A stretch of DNA of 54,020 bases from Acidimicrobiia bacterium (lineage in GTDB: Bacteria > Actinomycetota > Acidimicrobiia > IMCC26256 > BP-133), in contig DASYFF010000149.1 of assembly GCA_036498605.1 (NCBI GenBank), positions 1-54,020 of the forward strand. Direction: 5' to 3'. Position numbers and translations under genes: made by a program. Under the pieces are notes generated by a model. The model worked only from the letters and a program-made list of their open reading frames with translations. It did no database searches and was not told the origin of the DNA. Position 1 is the stretch's first letter. Every line of letters starts with the position of its first letter. Shown one piece after another: positions 36,951-47,155 of the stretch.

Positions 36951-38457
36951 CGGGCTGCAGGACGCTGCCGAGCACGCTCCCGAGCGCCGCCGGGACCTGG
37001 ACCGTCACCGACTGGCCGCCGGGCAGCTGGGCACTGACCGACAGCGGGGCGGTGACCGGGCCGGTGACGCCGGGGACCGACAGACCGATGTCGACGGGGA
37101 GCGGCACCGCCTGGGAGACGGCCGAGACCACGGTGTCGAGGGCGGCACCGACCGGCGTGCCGTCGAGCAGGCCGCCGCTCGACCCGTCGGGCCGGTGGAT
37201 CAGCGTGCTGCGGTTGCCGCCGGGGCGGTCGGGCGAGTCGTCACGGCCGCTGAAGAGCAGCCGCTGGCGGTTGGCGCCGGTCAGGTCGCGGGACGCGGTC
37301 TGGTCGCCGCCGGAGGCCGCCTCGGGGGCGGCGGCGGGGGCGGCCGGGGCCGCGGCCGCGGCGTCGGCGTGGGCCGCCGGTGCGGCGGGGGCCGCCGCGG
37401 CGGTGGATGGTGTCAGCACCGCGGCCGGGGCGGCGAGGATGCCGGCGGCGGAGGCGGTGACCGATGAGCCGGAGGCCGGCAGCGCCGCCTCCTGCGCTCC
37501 GTGCATGATCGTCGGCACGGCGGAGCCGGTGAAGGCCAGGGCCACCATGGTGAGGCCGGCCAGGGCCTTGTGGACCAGCGGGTTGTCGGCCAGAGAGGCG
37601 GTCTGGGAGAGGTCGGGCGTCTTGTCCATCAACTGCCCGGCCATGTGGCCGAGGTTGAGGATGGCCTTGCGCTGCAGGCCGGCCAGCAGCAGCGGAACCG
37701 GTAGGAAGGCGTTCCTCAGCGTGGCGTTGACGTCGGTCAGTTCGTCACGGCGGCAGCGGCACTTGGCGCAGCCGTCGAGGTGCGTCTGGACCGCCAGGCG
37801 CTCCTTCTCGGCCAGGTCGCCCCGGACGTAGTTCCCGAGCCGGCTGACGGTCGCCCGGCACTCCTCGCTGGCCTCGGCCTTGAGGTGGGCCTGGAGGTAG
37901 GCCTCCCGCAGGCCCTTGCGGGCCCGGTAGGCCAGGGCGGCCACGGCGTTGGGCTTGATGCCGATCCGGCGGGACACCTCGGCCGGGGACAGGCCCTCGA
38001 CCTCGGTCAGCCACAGCACCGTCCGCCAGCGGGCGGGCAGCGCCTGGAGGGCCTCGCCCACCAGGTTGCGCTCGAGCCCGAGGAGGGCCATGTCGTCGGC
38101 CTGGGCGCTGCCGGCGGTTTCGGGCATCTGGTCGCGCAGGTCGATCCGCCGCTCCCGGCGGAGCCGGTCGGTGGCGGCGTTGCGGACGCAGGTCAGCAGG
38201 TAGGGACGGAAAGCGATCTGGCGCCCGGCCATGCGGGGCAGGGCGGCGAAGACGCGGGCGAAACCCTCGGCCACGGCGTCCTCGGCGTCGGCCGCCGACG
38301 AAGCGCACATCCCCGCCACCTTGCGAGCCGCGTCGCGGTGGCGCAGGTAGAGCGTCCCGAAGGCACTCCGATCGCCCTCCCGGGCCCGGTCGAGGAGCTC
38401 GTCCTCACTGACCAGGGAGGCGTCGGTCAGGTTGATGAAGCTCAAGGTGTCGCTCAT
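36892..38457 (-). CDS. ECF sigma-70 factor fused to a ZAS-type (zf-HC2) anti-sigma domain, a TM helix and an Ala/Pro-rich extracytoplasmic region
   Basis: Start refined to MSDTLSF (ATG at 38457, SD GGAGG about 7 nt upstream). Region 2 is FGTLYLRHRDAARKVA...AEDAVAEGFARVF and region 4 is LPARWRTVLWLTEVEGLSPAEVSRRIGIKPNAVAALAYRARKGLR. These are followed by C-x25-H-x3-C-x2-C (ECRAT...THLDGCAKC), a TM helix (ALAGLTMVALAFTGSAV) and a PA-rich tail. Confidence 0.8.
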   Translation of the reverse strand: MSDTLSFINLTDASLVSEDELLDRAREGDRSAFGTLYLRHRDAARKVAGMCASSAADAEDAVAEGFARVFAALPRMAGRQIAFRPYLLTCVRNAATDRLRRERRIDLRDQMPETAGSAQADDMALLGLERNLVGEALQALPARWRTVLWLTEVEGLSPAEVSRRIGIKPNAVAALAYRARKGLREAYLQAHLKAEASEECRATVSRLGNYVRGDLAEKERLAVQTHLDGCAKCRCRRDELTDVNATLRNAFLPVPLLLAGLQRKAILNLGHMAGQLMDKTPDLSQTASLADNPLVHKALAGLTMVALAFTGSAVPTIMHGAQEAALPASGSSVTASAAGILAAPAAVLTPSTAAAAPAAPAAHADAAAAAPAAPAAAPEAASGGDQTASRDLTGANRQRLLFSGRDDSPDRPGGNRSTLIHRPDGSSGGLLDGTPVGAALDTVVSAVSQAVPLPVDIGLSVPGVTGPVTAPLSVSAQLPGGQSVTVQVPAALGSVLGSVLQPVSDALSGLGLGGLGLTAGH

Positions 38458-38776
38458 GGCGTCCCCTCCAGCCCACGAAACGCCCGTGGAACGCCCAGAT
38501 GACGTGAATCCACACGAATTCTCCCATATCCCACGCCAAGTGACAAATGGGACGGGCACCGGACGCTCTTCGCGTTCAGCTCGATGAGGGATTCGGACGC
38601 TCGGACTCCGGTCGCGCCTGGGCCTGCCACGAGCCCGTTCGCGGAAGTGGGAAGCGTCGTCGGCCTGGGGGATCGGCCCACGGTCTGCTCCTTGACCTTT
38701 GGCGACTCGCCACCGTGTCGCCTGGTGAGGAAGCAATTCGCCAGGGGTTCACCCGATCCTGCCGGCGGCAGAACGG

Positions 38777-38794
38777 ATGCCGGATATGCCGGAT
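38777..38794. repeat. perfect tandem duplication ATGCCGGAT-ATGCCGGAT inside a 430-bp non-coding region
   Basis: Read directly from gaacggATGCCGGATATGCCGGATtcgg. The function is unknown. Confidence 0.5.
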
Positions 38795-38889
38795 TCGGTC
38801 GGTGCCCACCCTGGTGCCGTGAGGTTCGCACGACCGGTTCTTCGGAGGAAGGGCACCCCGTGTCACAAAGTTCCCGAAATCGGTCGGAA

Positions 38890-40103
38890 CTAGGTCCAGG
38901 TCCGCAGATCTGTGATGGGCGCCGCGCCGGCCTCCAGGGCCGTCACCACCGCCACTTCCACGTCGAAGCGCAGCCCCGACCGGATGGTGTCGTGGACCTC
39001 GCCGGCCAGGTGCGCGTGGTCGATCCCCTCGGCGGCCGGGACCACCTCGCAGCGCAGGACGTCACGGTGCTCGACCCGGTCGATCAGGAAGCGGTAGGCG
39101 GCCACCGCCGGCACCTGGGACATCACGGCCGTCACCTGCCGGGGGTGGAGGAACATGCCCCGGACCTTCACCGCCTCGCCCGACCGGCCCAGCCAGCCGA
39201 CCAGCCGGGGCGTCGGCCGCCCGCAGGCGCACTCCCCCGGGGCGAAGGCCGACAGGTCGCCGGTGCCGAAGCGGACCAGGGGGTAGTGGGCCGAGAAGAG
39301 CGTCACCACGACCTGGCCCTCGCCGCCGTCGAGGCGGGGGGCGCCGTCGTCGAGGCCGCACACCTCGACCAGGGCGTCGTCGGGCACGTGGAGGCCGGCC
39401 GCGGCCTGGCACTCGAAGCCGAGATTGCCCGACTCCGCCGTCCCGTACATCTGGCGCACGACCGGGATCCGCTCCTCCAGCCAGGCTCGCAGCGACGGCG
39501 GCAGCGGTTCGGCCGTCACCATGGCCCGCTCGAAGGAAAGGGGCCCACCGCCGAGCTCCTCGGCCTTCTCCAGGAGGGCCTTCAGGTAGCTGGGCAGGCC
39601 GATATAGGCGGTGGCGGCGAGGTCACGGGCGGCCCGCACGGCGAGGTCGAAGTTTCCGACGCCGGCCGGCACCACCCGGCAGCCGAGCGCCCGGGCCGCC
39701 TCCTCGAACATGACCCCGGCCGGGCTCAGGTGGTAGCCGAAGCAGTTGAGGACGGTGTCGGCGGGCCCGAACCCCGCCGCCTCCAGCGCCGGCGCCGCCC
39801 GCCAGTGGTCGGCGACGTCGGGCTCCGGCTCGTAGAGCGGCCCGGGCGACTGGAAGACGCGCCGAACCGCCGTGCCGGGGGCCAGGTGCCCACCGAAGGG
39901 CGGGTCCTTGGCCTGAAGGTCGATGAGGTCGTCCTTGGACAGGACGGCGATCCGGTCGAGGGCGGCCACGTCGACGAGATCGTCGGCCACGAGTCCCGCC
40001 CCGGCCAGACGGTCGGCCAGGGCCGGCACCACCGCGGCCGCCGGCCGCAAGACGTCGAAGACCCGCTCGTCGAAAGCGGCCCGGTAGGCCTCGAGCCCAG
40101 CCG

Positions 40104-40113
<10 letters not shown>
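38890..40113 (-). CDS. PaaK-like (phenylacetate-CoA ligase / F390 synthetase family) protein of the ABC-associated subfamily lacking the canonical P-loop
   Basis: DPPFGGHLAPGTAVRRVFQSPGPLYEPEPD, where PaaK has SSGTTGKP. FGYHLSPAG, YGTAESG and KVRGMFLHP align with the PaaK fold. GTG start at 40113, or at 40107 (GTGA overlap with the livF-like stop). Confidence 0.75.
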
Positions 40114-40958
<845 letters not shown>

Positions 40959-40966
40959 CGGATGAC

Positions 40967-42190
40967 CTACTTCTGGACCGTGATCGGGTCCTGGATCTTC
41001 TTCCACTGGCCGGTGTCGACCTGGTACAGCGGGGCCGACAGCAGCCCGGCGTGGAAGGTGCTGCTGAAGCTGATCGGATCGGACACGCCGGTCTTGAAGT
41101 CCTTGATCTTCTCCAGGCCGGCCTTGATGGCCGGGCCGTCCAGCGTGCCGCCGGCGGCGAGGGCGTTCTTGATCCCCTCCGACATGACGGCCATCGTGTA
41201 CCAGCCCTGCACGTAGCCCTGGCCCTTGGCCGCGGCGTCGGTGTTCTTCGACTTGAGGAAGTTGTTGATCTCGTCCAGGCCGGCGAGACCAGCCACCGGC
41301 GGGGCGAAGGGCACGACGCCGATCGTCTTCTCCGCCGCTGCGCCCGCCTTCTTCACGTAGATCTCGTTGGCGCAGTAGTTGAGGCAGACGATCTGGGCGG
41401 TGGACTTGGCCGAGGCCAGGTTCGTGGCCAGCACGGCGGCCGGCGAGGGGACGTTCTGGATGATGATGTACTTGCTGTTCTTGGCCTTCGCCTGGCCGAT
41501 CTGGGCCACGTAGTCGGTGGCGCCCTTGGCCATGGCGTAGTCGCTGAAGTCGATGCTCAGCTTCTTGTCGGCGATGTACTTCTTCCCGTCCTCCAGGGGC
41601 GACGTGCCGAAGGGGCTGTCGTGGTGGAAGAACGCCACCGCCACCTTGCCCTTGTTGTGGTCGGCGATGTACTGGAGGATGATGCGCATCTGCTGGCTGT
41701 AGCTGGCGCCGGGGAAGAAGTTGTAGGGCGTGACCGTCGGGTCGGTCAGGGTCTCGGCGTTGGACGCCGACATGAACGGGACCTTGTCGGTCGTGACCCG
41801 GGGCCGCAGCGCTTCGGTGTCAGCGGTCCCCCATCCCATGAACACCTTGGCGCCCTCGGAGACGTACTGGCCGTAGAGCTGGCCGGCCACCGTCGGGTCG
41901 TACTTGAAGTCCTGCCACGACAGGGCCAGCTTGTGGCCGTCGACCCCGCCGGTCGAGTTGCGGTATTCGACGTAGTCCTTGATGCCGTCGGCATACGGGG
42001 TGCCGATGTCAGCGGTCGGGCCGGAGAGGTCGAAGATCGCCCCGACCTTGATGTCTTCCTTGGCCGCCGCGCCGGAAGAGTTGGTCTTCGACGCGTTGTC
42101 GCTCTTCTTGTCCTTCCCGCACGCGACCCCGGCCCCGGCGATCAACGTGAAGCAGAGTGGTAGTGCCAGCCTCCTGATGAAGCGATTCAT
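40967..42190 (-). CDS. ABC transporter substrate-binding lipoprotein (LivJ/K-type periplasmic binding fold)
   Basis: Start refined to MNRFIRRLALPLCFTLIAGAGVACGKD (lipobox-like AGVAC), with SD GGAGG upstream. IKVGAIFDLSGPTADIG is typical of type I PBPs. Confidence 0.85.
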   Translation of the reverse strand: MNRFIRRLALPLCFTLIAGAGVACGKDKKSDNASKTNSSGAAAKEDIKVGAIFDLSGPTADIGTPYADGIKDYVEYRNSTGGVDGHKLALSWQDFKYDPTVAGQLYGQYVSEGAKVFMGWGTADTEALRPRVTTDKVPFMSASNAETLTDPTVTPYNFFPGASYSQQMRIILQYIADHNKGKVAVAFFHHDSPFGTSPLEDGKKYIADKKLSIDFSDYAMAKGATDYVAQIGQAKAKNSKYIIIQNVPSPAAVLATNLASAKSTAQIVCLNYCANEIYVKKAGAAAEKTIGVVPFAPPVAGLAGLDEINNFLKSKNTDAAAKGQGYVQGWYTMAVMSEGIKNALAAGGTLDGPAIKAGLEKIKDFKTGVSDPISFSSTFHAGLLSAPLYQVDTGQWKKIQDPITVQK

Positions 42191-42222
42191 CTCTGTCCCT
42201 CCTTGGGGTTGGATCGGGGGCG

Positions 42223-43281
42223 TCAGTAACGGAACGGCCATAGTCGGAAGTAGTCCTTGGCCCGCTGCCAGAGCCGGGCGAGACCCCGGGGTTCGAACAG
42301 CAGGAACACGACGAGCACGAGGCCGAACAGCGTCAGCTGCACGGCGGGCAGCTTTTCGATGAGGAATGAGAAGTTGCTGGTCTGCAAACTCTGGCCGATG
42401 CGGGTGATGTAGGCGGGGACCCACGTCAGGAACATCGCGCCGTAGACCGCCCCGGAGATGCTGCCGAGGCCGCCCACGATGATCATGGCCACGAAGATGA
42501 ACGACTTGGCGATCTCGTAGTTCTCCCAGGTCACCGTCTGGGCCGGCGGGTAGTAGGCCTGCAGCGCGCCCGAGAACCCGGCCAGGCCGCAGGCGATGGA
42601 GAAGGCCAGGACCTTGTACCGCCCGACCGGGACACCCATGACCTCGGCCGCGATGTCCTGGTCCCGGATGGCGATGAAGGCCCGCCCGAGACCGGTCCGG
42701 AAGAGGTTGATCCCGGCGAAGACCACCAGGCCGGTGATGACGAGCAGGATCCAGTACCACTCGAAGTTGCTCTTGAAGACGTGGCTGCCGAGCTTCGGGT
42801 AGCTGGTGACGATGGTGCCGTGCTTGCGGGTCAGCCACTTCCAGTCCCGGAAGCGGTCGGAGAGGATCTCCTGGGCGGCGAAGGTGGAGATGGCCAGGTA
42901 CAGCCCTTTGAGCCGCAGCGCCGGCAGCCCGAACACCGCCCCGATGGCCGCCGCCATCAGCGTGGCCCCGGCCACCGCCATCGGCATGGGCCAGTGGTAG
43001 AAGACCGAGAGGTTGCCGGCGGTGTAGGCGCCGACGCCCAGGAAGCCGGCGGTGGCCAGGCTGACGAGGCCGGTATAGCCGGTCAGGATGTTGAGCCCGA
43101 CGGCGGCGATGGCCGCCAGCAGGATGAGGTTGGCGTAGCTGAGCCAGTACGCATTCAGGTTGTAGGGGATCCAGACGGCCACCGCCGCCAGCAGGCCGAG
43201 GCGGATGTACTCGGCCCTCGTGTGGCGGAGAGCGAAGTCCTTCCGGTACGTGGTGTTGTAGACGCCGGTGGCGGTGGCCAT
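42223..43281 (-). CDS. ABC transporter permease (LivM-like)
   Basis: Start refined to MATATGVYNT (ATG at 43281). GLNILTGYTGLVSLATAGFLGVGAY core, multi-TM. Confidence 0.85.
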   Translation of the reverse strand: MATATGVYNTTYRKDFALRHTRAEYIRLGLLAAVAVWIPYNLNAYWLSYANLILLAAIAAVGLNILTGYTGLVSLATAGFLGVGAYTAGNLSVFYHWPMPMAVAGATLMAAAIGAVFGLPALRLKGLYLAISTFAAQEILSDRFRDWKWLTRKHGTIVTSYPKLGSHVFKSNFEWYWILLVITGLVVFAGINLFRTGLGRAFIAIRDQDIAAEVMGVPVGRYKVLAFSIACGLAGFSGALQAYYPPAQTVTWENYEIAKSFIFVAMIIVGGLGSISGAVYGAMFLTWVPAYITRIGQSLQTSNFSFLIEKLPAVQLTLFGLVLVVFLLFEPRGLARLWQRAKDYFRLWPFRY

Positions 43282-43283
43282 CG

Positions 43284-44180
43284 TCAGACCCTCTCGATCC
43301 GGACCTGGCCGAAGAGGCCGTAGGGCTTCACCAGCAGGATGGCGACGAGAGCGGCGAAGGGCAGGATCACTGACCAGCTCACCGTCAGGTAGAACTTCGA
43401 GTACTCCACCAGCAGGCCGACGATGATCCCGCCGACCACCGTGCCGAGCACGGAGTCGAGCCCGCCGAGGATCACCACCGGGAAGACGAAGATGGCGAAG
43501 GCCTCCATGCCCAGGTCGTAGCTGCCGGCGACGCTGGCCAGCAGTACGCCGGCGATGGCCCCGGCCGCCCCGGCCAGCGCCCAGGCCATGGCGAAGATCT
43601 TGTTGACGCTGATCCCCTGCACCATGGCGGCCTGCTGGTCGTCGGCCACCGCCCGCATGGCCACGCCGTGGCGGGAGTAGCGGAAGAACAGTCCCACGCC
43701 GATCAGCATCACCGCCGCCACCCCGATGGCCCAGAACCTGTTGGCGGCCACCGAGACGTCGCCGAAGAGATGGACGGTCCCCGAGGGGATGAACTTGGGG
43801 CCGACACCGCCGGCCGCCCCCCACACCCCGAGCGACACCCCGCCCAGCGCCGAGGCCAATCCGATGGTGACCATGATCACCGACAGCGTCGATTCGCCGA
43901 TCATGCGGCGCAGGATGACCCGCTCGATGGCCAGGCCGAGCACGATGCCGGTGCCGATCCCCACCAGCACGGCCAGCGGCCAGGGCAGCCCCCACGTGTG
44001 GTTGGCGTTGTACACCATGAAGGCCCCGACCACCAGGAATTGGCCCTGGGCGAAGTTGATGACCTCGGTGGCCTTGTAGATCAGCACGAACCCCAGCGCC
44101 GTGATGGCCAGGATGGCGCCGTTGGCCAGCCCGTTGATGGTGAGGGCGACGAACTGGTTGCTGTCGAAGCCGAGGATCAT
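43284..44180 (-). CDS. ABC transporter permease (LivH-like)
   Basis: Start refined to MILGFDSNQFVALTINGLANGAILAITALGFVLIYKATEVINFAQG (ATG at 44180, ATGA overlap with the upstream stop). Confidence 0.85.
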   Translation of the reverse strand: MILGFDSNQFVALTINGLANGAILAITALGFVLIYKATEVINFAQGQFLVVGAFMVYNANHTWGLPWPLAVLVGIGTGIVLGLAIERVILRRMIGESTLSVIMVTIGLASALGGVSLGVWGAAGGVGPKFIPSGTVHLFGDVSVAANRFWAIGVAAVMLIGVGLFFRYSRHGVAMRAVADDQQAAMVQGISVNKIFAMAWALAGAAGAIAGVLLASVAGSYDLGMEAFAIFVFPVVILGGLDSVLGTVVGGIIVGLLVEYSKFYLTVSWSVILPFAALVAILLVKPYGLFGQVRIERV

Positions 44181-46177
44181 GCGTGGCTCCCGAACAGCGA
44201 GCGCTTCCCCGCCTGCTTGGGTGTGAAACCGTCCATGCTGACCACGGGCAGGATGATGTCGCGGGTGACGGACGTCCCGTCCTGGTAGGTGACCACGCTC
44301 TTGATCTCCGCTTCGGGAGCGCCATCGGCCAGGGCGTCGATGATCGGGGCGTAGCGCTCGAGGATGACCCGGCGCCGCACCTTGCGGGTGCGGGTGATCT
44401 CGTCGTCGTCGGGGTCGAACTGCTTGTGAAGCAGCACGAAGCGCCGCAGCCGGACGCTCTCCGGCAGGTCCTCGTTGGCCCGGGCCACCTCTTCCGAGAG
44501 CAGCTCCCGGACCTCGGCCTTGCCGGCCAGGTCGGTGTAGGTCGTGTAGCCGAGGCGGCGGTGCTCGGCCCACGCCCCCACCGTCGCCGGCTCGATGGTC
44601 AGGATGGCGGTGATGTCGGGCGACCCGTCCTGCCAGAAGACGACGGCCTCCTCGACATAGGGCGAGAACTTGAGCTTGTTCTCGATGAAGGCGGGGCTGA
44701 ACCGGGTGCCGTCGGGCATCTCCATGACGTCCTTGGCCCGGTCGATCACCACCAGGTGGCCGTGCTCGTCGAGGTAGCCGGCGTCGCCGGTGTGGAGCCA
44801 GCCCTCGGCGTCGACGGTCTCGGCCGTGGCCGCCTCGTTGCCGTAGTAGCCGTGGAAGACCGCCTGGGAGCGGAGGAGGATCTCCCCGTTCTCGGCGATG
44901 CGGATCTCGGTGCCGGGGCAGGGCTTGCCCACGGTGGCGAACTTGATGTCGCCGTCGGTGTGCATGACGGCGATGCCGCAGATCTCGGTCTGGCCGTAGA
45001 TCTGCTTGAGGTTGACGCCGATCGAGTGGAAGAAGCGGAACACGTCGGGGCCGAGCGGGGCGCCGCCGGTGTAGCAGCGGTCGATGCGGGTGAGACCGAG
45101 CTGGTCGCGCACCGGCCGCAGCGCCACCCAGTCGGCCAGCCGGTGCTGGAGCTTCAGCCCGGGGCCGATCTTCTCCCGCTTCAGCTTCCGCTCGGCGTAC
45201 CGGTCCCCGACCGCCTGGCCCCAGGCGAACGCCTTGCGCTTGGCCCAGCCGGCCTCGCCGACCCGGACCATGATCGACGACAGCATGTCCTCCCAGATGC
45301 GGGGCGGGCTGAACATCAGGTTGGGCCCGAGCTCGCGCAGGTCGGCCCGCTGGGTGGCCGCCTCCTCGGCGAAGCTGAGCGTGAAACCGAGCTGCAGCCC
45401 GGTGGCCACGGCGATCATCTGCTCGCCGATCCAGGCCAGGGGCAGGAAGCTGAGGTAGCGGGCCCCGGCCCCGATGGGATCGACCTCGTTGAGCGAGCGG
45501 CCCATGGACAGCAGGTTGGCGTGCGACAGCATGGCCAGCTTGGGCCGGCCGGTGGTGCCCGACGTGGTGCAGATCACGGCCACGTCGGCGCCCCGGCCGG
45601 CGGCGATCTGCTCGTCGAGCCAGCCGGGGTGGGCCTCGCCCCAGTCCCGCCCGGCGGCCTCGACGTCGGTGAACTCGGCCAGGTACGGCACCTGGTAGAG
45701 CTCCAGGCCCCGGGTGTCGTAGTAGACGACGTGCTCGACCGCCGGCAGGCGGTCCTTGAGCTCGATGATCTTGTCGACCTGCTCCTGGTCCTCGGCCACC
45801 ACCACCCGCACCCGGCCGTCGGTCAGGACATGGACGATCTCCTCCCCCACACTCGTCGGGTAGATGCCGACCGTGCAGGCTCCGAGCGACTGGGCGGCCA
45901 GCTCGCTGATGAGCCACTCCGGGCGGTTGTCACCGAGGACGGCCACCACCTCGCCGGGCTGCACGCCGAGAGAGGCCAGCCCGTGGGCGAAGTCGCCGAC
46001 CCGGCTGTGGAGCTGGCGCCAGCTGAAGGGCTGCCAGATCCCGTAGCGCTTCTCCTGGAGGGCGACGCGGCTGTCGCCGTAGCGCCGGTCGAGTTCGGCC
46101 AGCAGCTTGGGGAAGGTGGTGGTGTCGTCGATCGGGAGCGGCTCGGTGGCCGCCGGGCGGAGGGATATCCGCGTCAC
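44177..46177 (-). CDS. long-chain-fatty-acid--CoA ligase-like AMP-dependent synthetase embedded in the ABC operon
   Basis: GTG at 46177 overlaps the livG-like stop (GTGA). Intact adenylation P-loop ICTTSGTTGRPKLAMLSH, plus YGQTE and GWLHTGDAGYLDEHGHL motifs. Confidence 0.85.
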   Translation of the reverse strand: MTRISLRPAATEPLPIDDTTTFPKLLAELDRRYGDSRVALQEKRYGIWQPFSWRQLHSRVGDFAHGLASLGVQPGEVVAVLGDNRPEWLISELAAQSLGACTVGIYPTSVGEEIVHVLTDGRVRVVVAEDQEQVDKIIELKDRLPAVEHVVYYDTRGLELYQVPYLAEFTDVEAAGRDWGEAHPGWLDEQIAAGRGADVAVICTTSGTTGRPKLAMLSHANLLSMGRSLNEVDPIGAGARYLSFLPLAWIGEQMIAVATGLQLGFTLSFAEEAATQRADLRELGPNLMFSPPRIWEDMLSSIMVRVGEAGWAKRKAFAWGQAVGDRYAERKLKREKIGPGLKLQHRLADWVALRPVRDQLGLTRIDRCYTGGAPLGPDVFRFFHSIGVNLKQIYGQTEICGIAVMHTDGDIKFATVGKPCPGTEIRIAENGEILLRSQAVFHGYYGNEAATAETVDAEGWLHTGDAGYLDEHGHLVVIDRAKDVMEMPDGTRFSPAFIENKLKFSPYVEEAVVFWQDGSPDITAILTIEPATVGAWAEHRRLGYTTYTDLAGKAEVRELLSEEVARANEDLPESVRLRRFVLLHKQFDPDDDEITRTRKVRRRVILERYAPIIDALADGAPEAEIKSVVTYQDGTSVTRDIILPVVSMDGFTPKQAGKRSLFGSHA

Positions 46178-47016
46178 GCGTGGGCCTCCTGGCCGAGGTA
46201 GGCGTCGCGGACCGCCTGGTCCCTGCCCACCTCGGCCGGGGTGCCGTCGGCGATGCACCGACCGAAGTCGAGGACGCTGACCCGGTCGGAGATGTCCATG
46301 ATCACTCCCATGTCGTGCTCGATGAGCACGGTCGTCACCCCGGCCAGGTCGTTGACGTCGAGGACGAAGCGGGCCATGTCCTCCTTCTCCTCGCCGTTCA
46401 TGCCGGCCATCGGCTCGTCGAGCAGCAGCAGGGCGGGCTGCATGCACAGCGCCCGGCCCATCTCGACCCGCTTCTGGAAGCCGTAGGCCAGCGCCCCGAC
46501 CGGCTTGTTGCGCACCGACTGGATCTCGAGCAGGTCGATGACCTCCTCGACCAGCTCCCGCTCCCGGATCTCCTGGTGCTGGGCCGGCCCGTAGTAGAGG
46601 AACGACGTGGCCAGGCGGTGGCGCATGTGCACGTGCCGGCCGAGCATCAGGTTCTCGAGCACGGTCATGTGCCGGAACAGCTCGATGTTCTGGAACGTGC
46701 GGGCGATGCCGAGCCGGGCGATGCTCCCCGGCCTGGTCCGCACCAGGTTGCGGGTGCTCCCGTCGCCCCTGTGGCACACGATCTCGCCCACCTGGGGCCG
46801 GTAGAGACCGCTGATGCAGTTGAGCAGACTGGTCTTCCCCGCGCCGTTGGGGCCGATGATGGCGTGGATGTCGCCCTGGGAGACGTTGAACGAGACGCCG
46901 TCGAGCGCCCGCACGCCGCCGAAGCGGAGCGTGACGTCACGGATCTCGAGCTGCAGCGCTCCGGCCTGGAGCGTGCTGCCGTTCAGGTTGTGCCGGTAAG
47001 CCCGGGACACGACCAC
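46174..47016 (-). CDS. ABC transporter ATP-binding protein (LivG-like)
   Basis: FGGVRALDGVSF, GPNGAGKTS Walker A, LLLDEPMAGM Walker B. The in-frame GTG at 47010 has better SD spacing than 47016. Confidence 0.85.
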   Translation of the reverse strand: MVVSRAYRHNLNGSTLQAGALQLEIRDVTLRFGGVRALDGVSFNVSQGDIHAIIGPNGAGKTSLLNCISGLYRPQVGEIVCHRGDGSTRNLVRTRPGSIARLGIARTFQNIELFRHMTVLENLMLGRHVHMRHRLATSFLYYGPAQHQEIRERELVEEVIDLLEIQSVRNKPVGALAYGFQKRVEMGRALCMQPALLLLDEPMAGMNGEEKEDMARFVLDVNDLAGVTTVLIEHDMGVIMDISDRVSVLDFGRCIADGTPAEVGRDQAVRDAYLGQEAHA

Positions 47017-47093
47017 CCTCCCCCCACGGGAATCTAAAGCGCAGCTTATTCAAGAAACGGCGGGGTGCTGCGCCAACAGCCCCGACATCGTAG

Positions 47094-47112
47094 CCTTCCA
47101 CTATGTGAAAGG
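47094..47112. promoter_or_regulatory. imperfect 8-3-8 inverted repeat CCTTCCAC-TAT-GTGAAAGG, candidate IclR operator
   Basis: It lies in the lower-GC 139-bp divergent region between the ABC operon and iclR. 7 of 8 arm positions are complementary. Confidence 0.3.
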
Positions 47113-47155
47113 TCATACCGGCAGTTGGAGACGGCTTCCCTGTTAACGTTGGGCC

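Noticed and set aside
38454-38681. A possible upstream ORF with a good SD (AAGGAG, 6 nt, GTG) whose TGA overlaps the sigma-fusion ATG (ATGA). This could indicate translational coupling.
   Set aside because: The 3' half has many A/T-ending codons (cat ttg tca ctt ... aga att cgt), unlike genuine genes here. The peptide is Arg/Ser/Gly-rich with no features. I treat it as non-coding unless Ribo-seq says otherwise.
38826-38866. GACCGGUUCUUCGGAGGAAGGGCACC vaguely resembles the SRP RNA domain IV core (GUCCGGAAGGAAGCAGCC).
   Set aside because: The conserved GGAA tetraloop context and the AGCA asymmetric loop are absent, and the flanking helices do not fit. Similarity is limited to a purine-rich run. 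A covariance-model scan would settle it.
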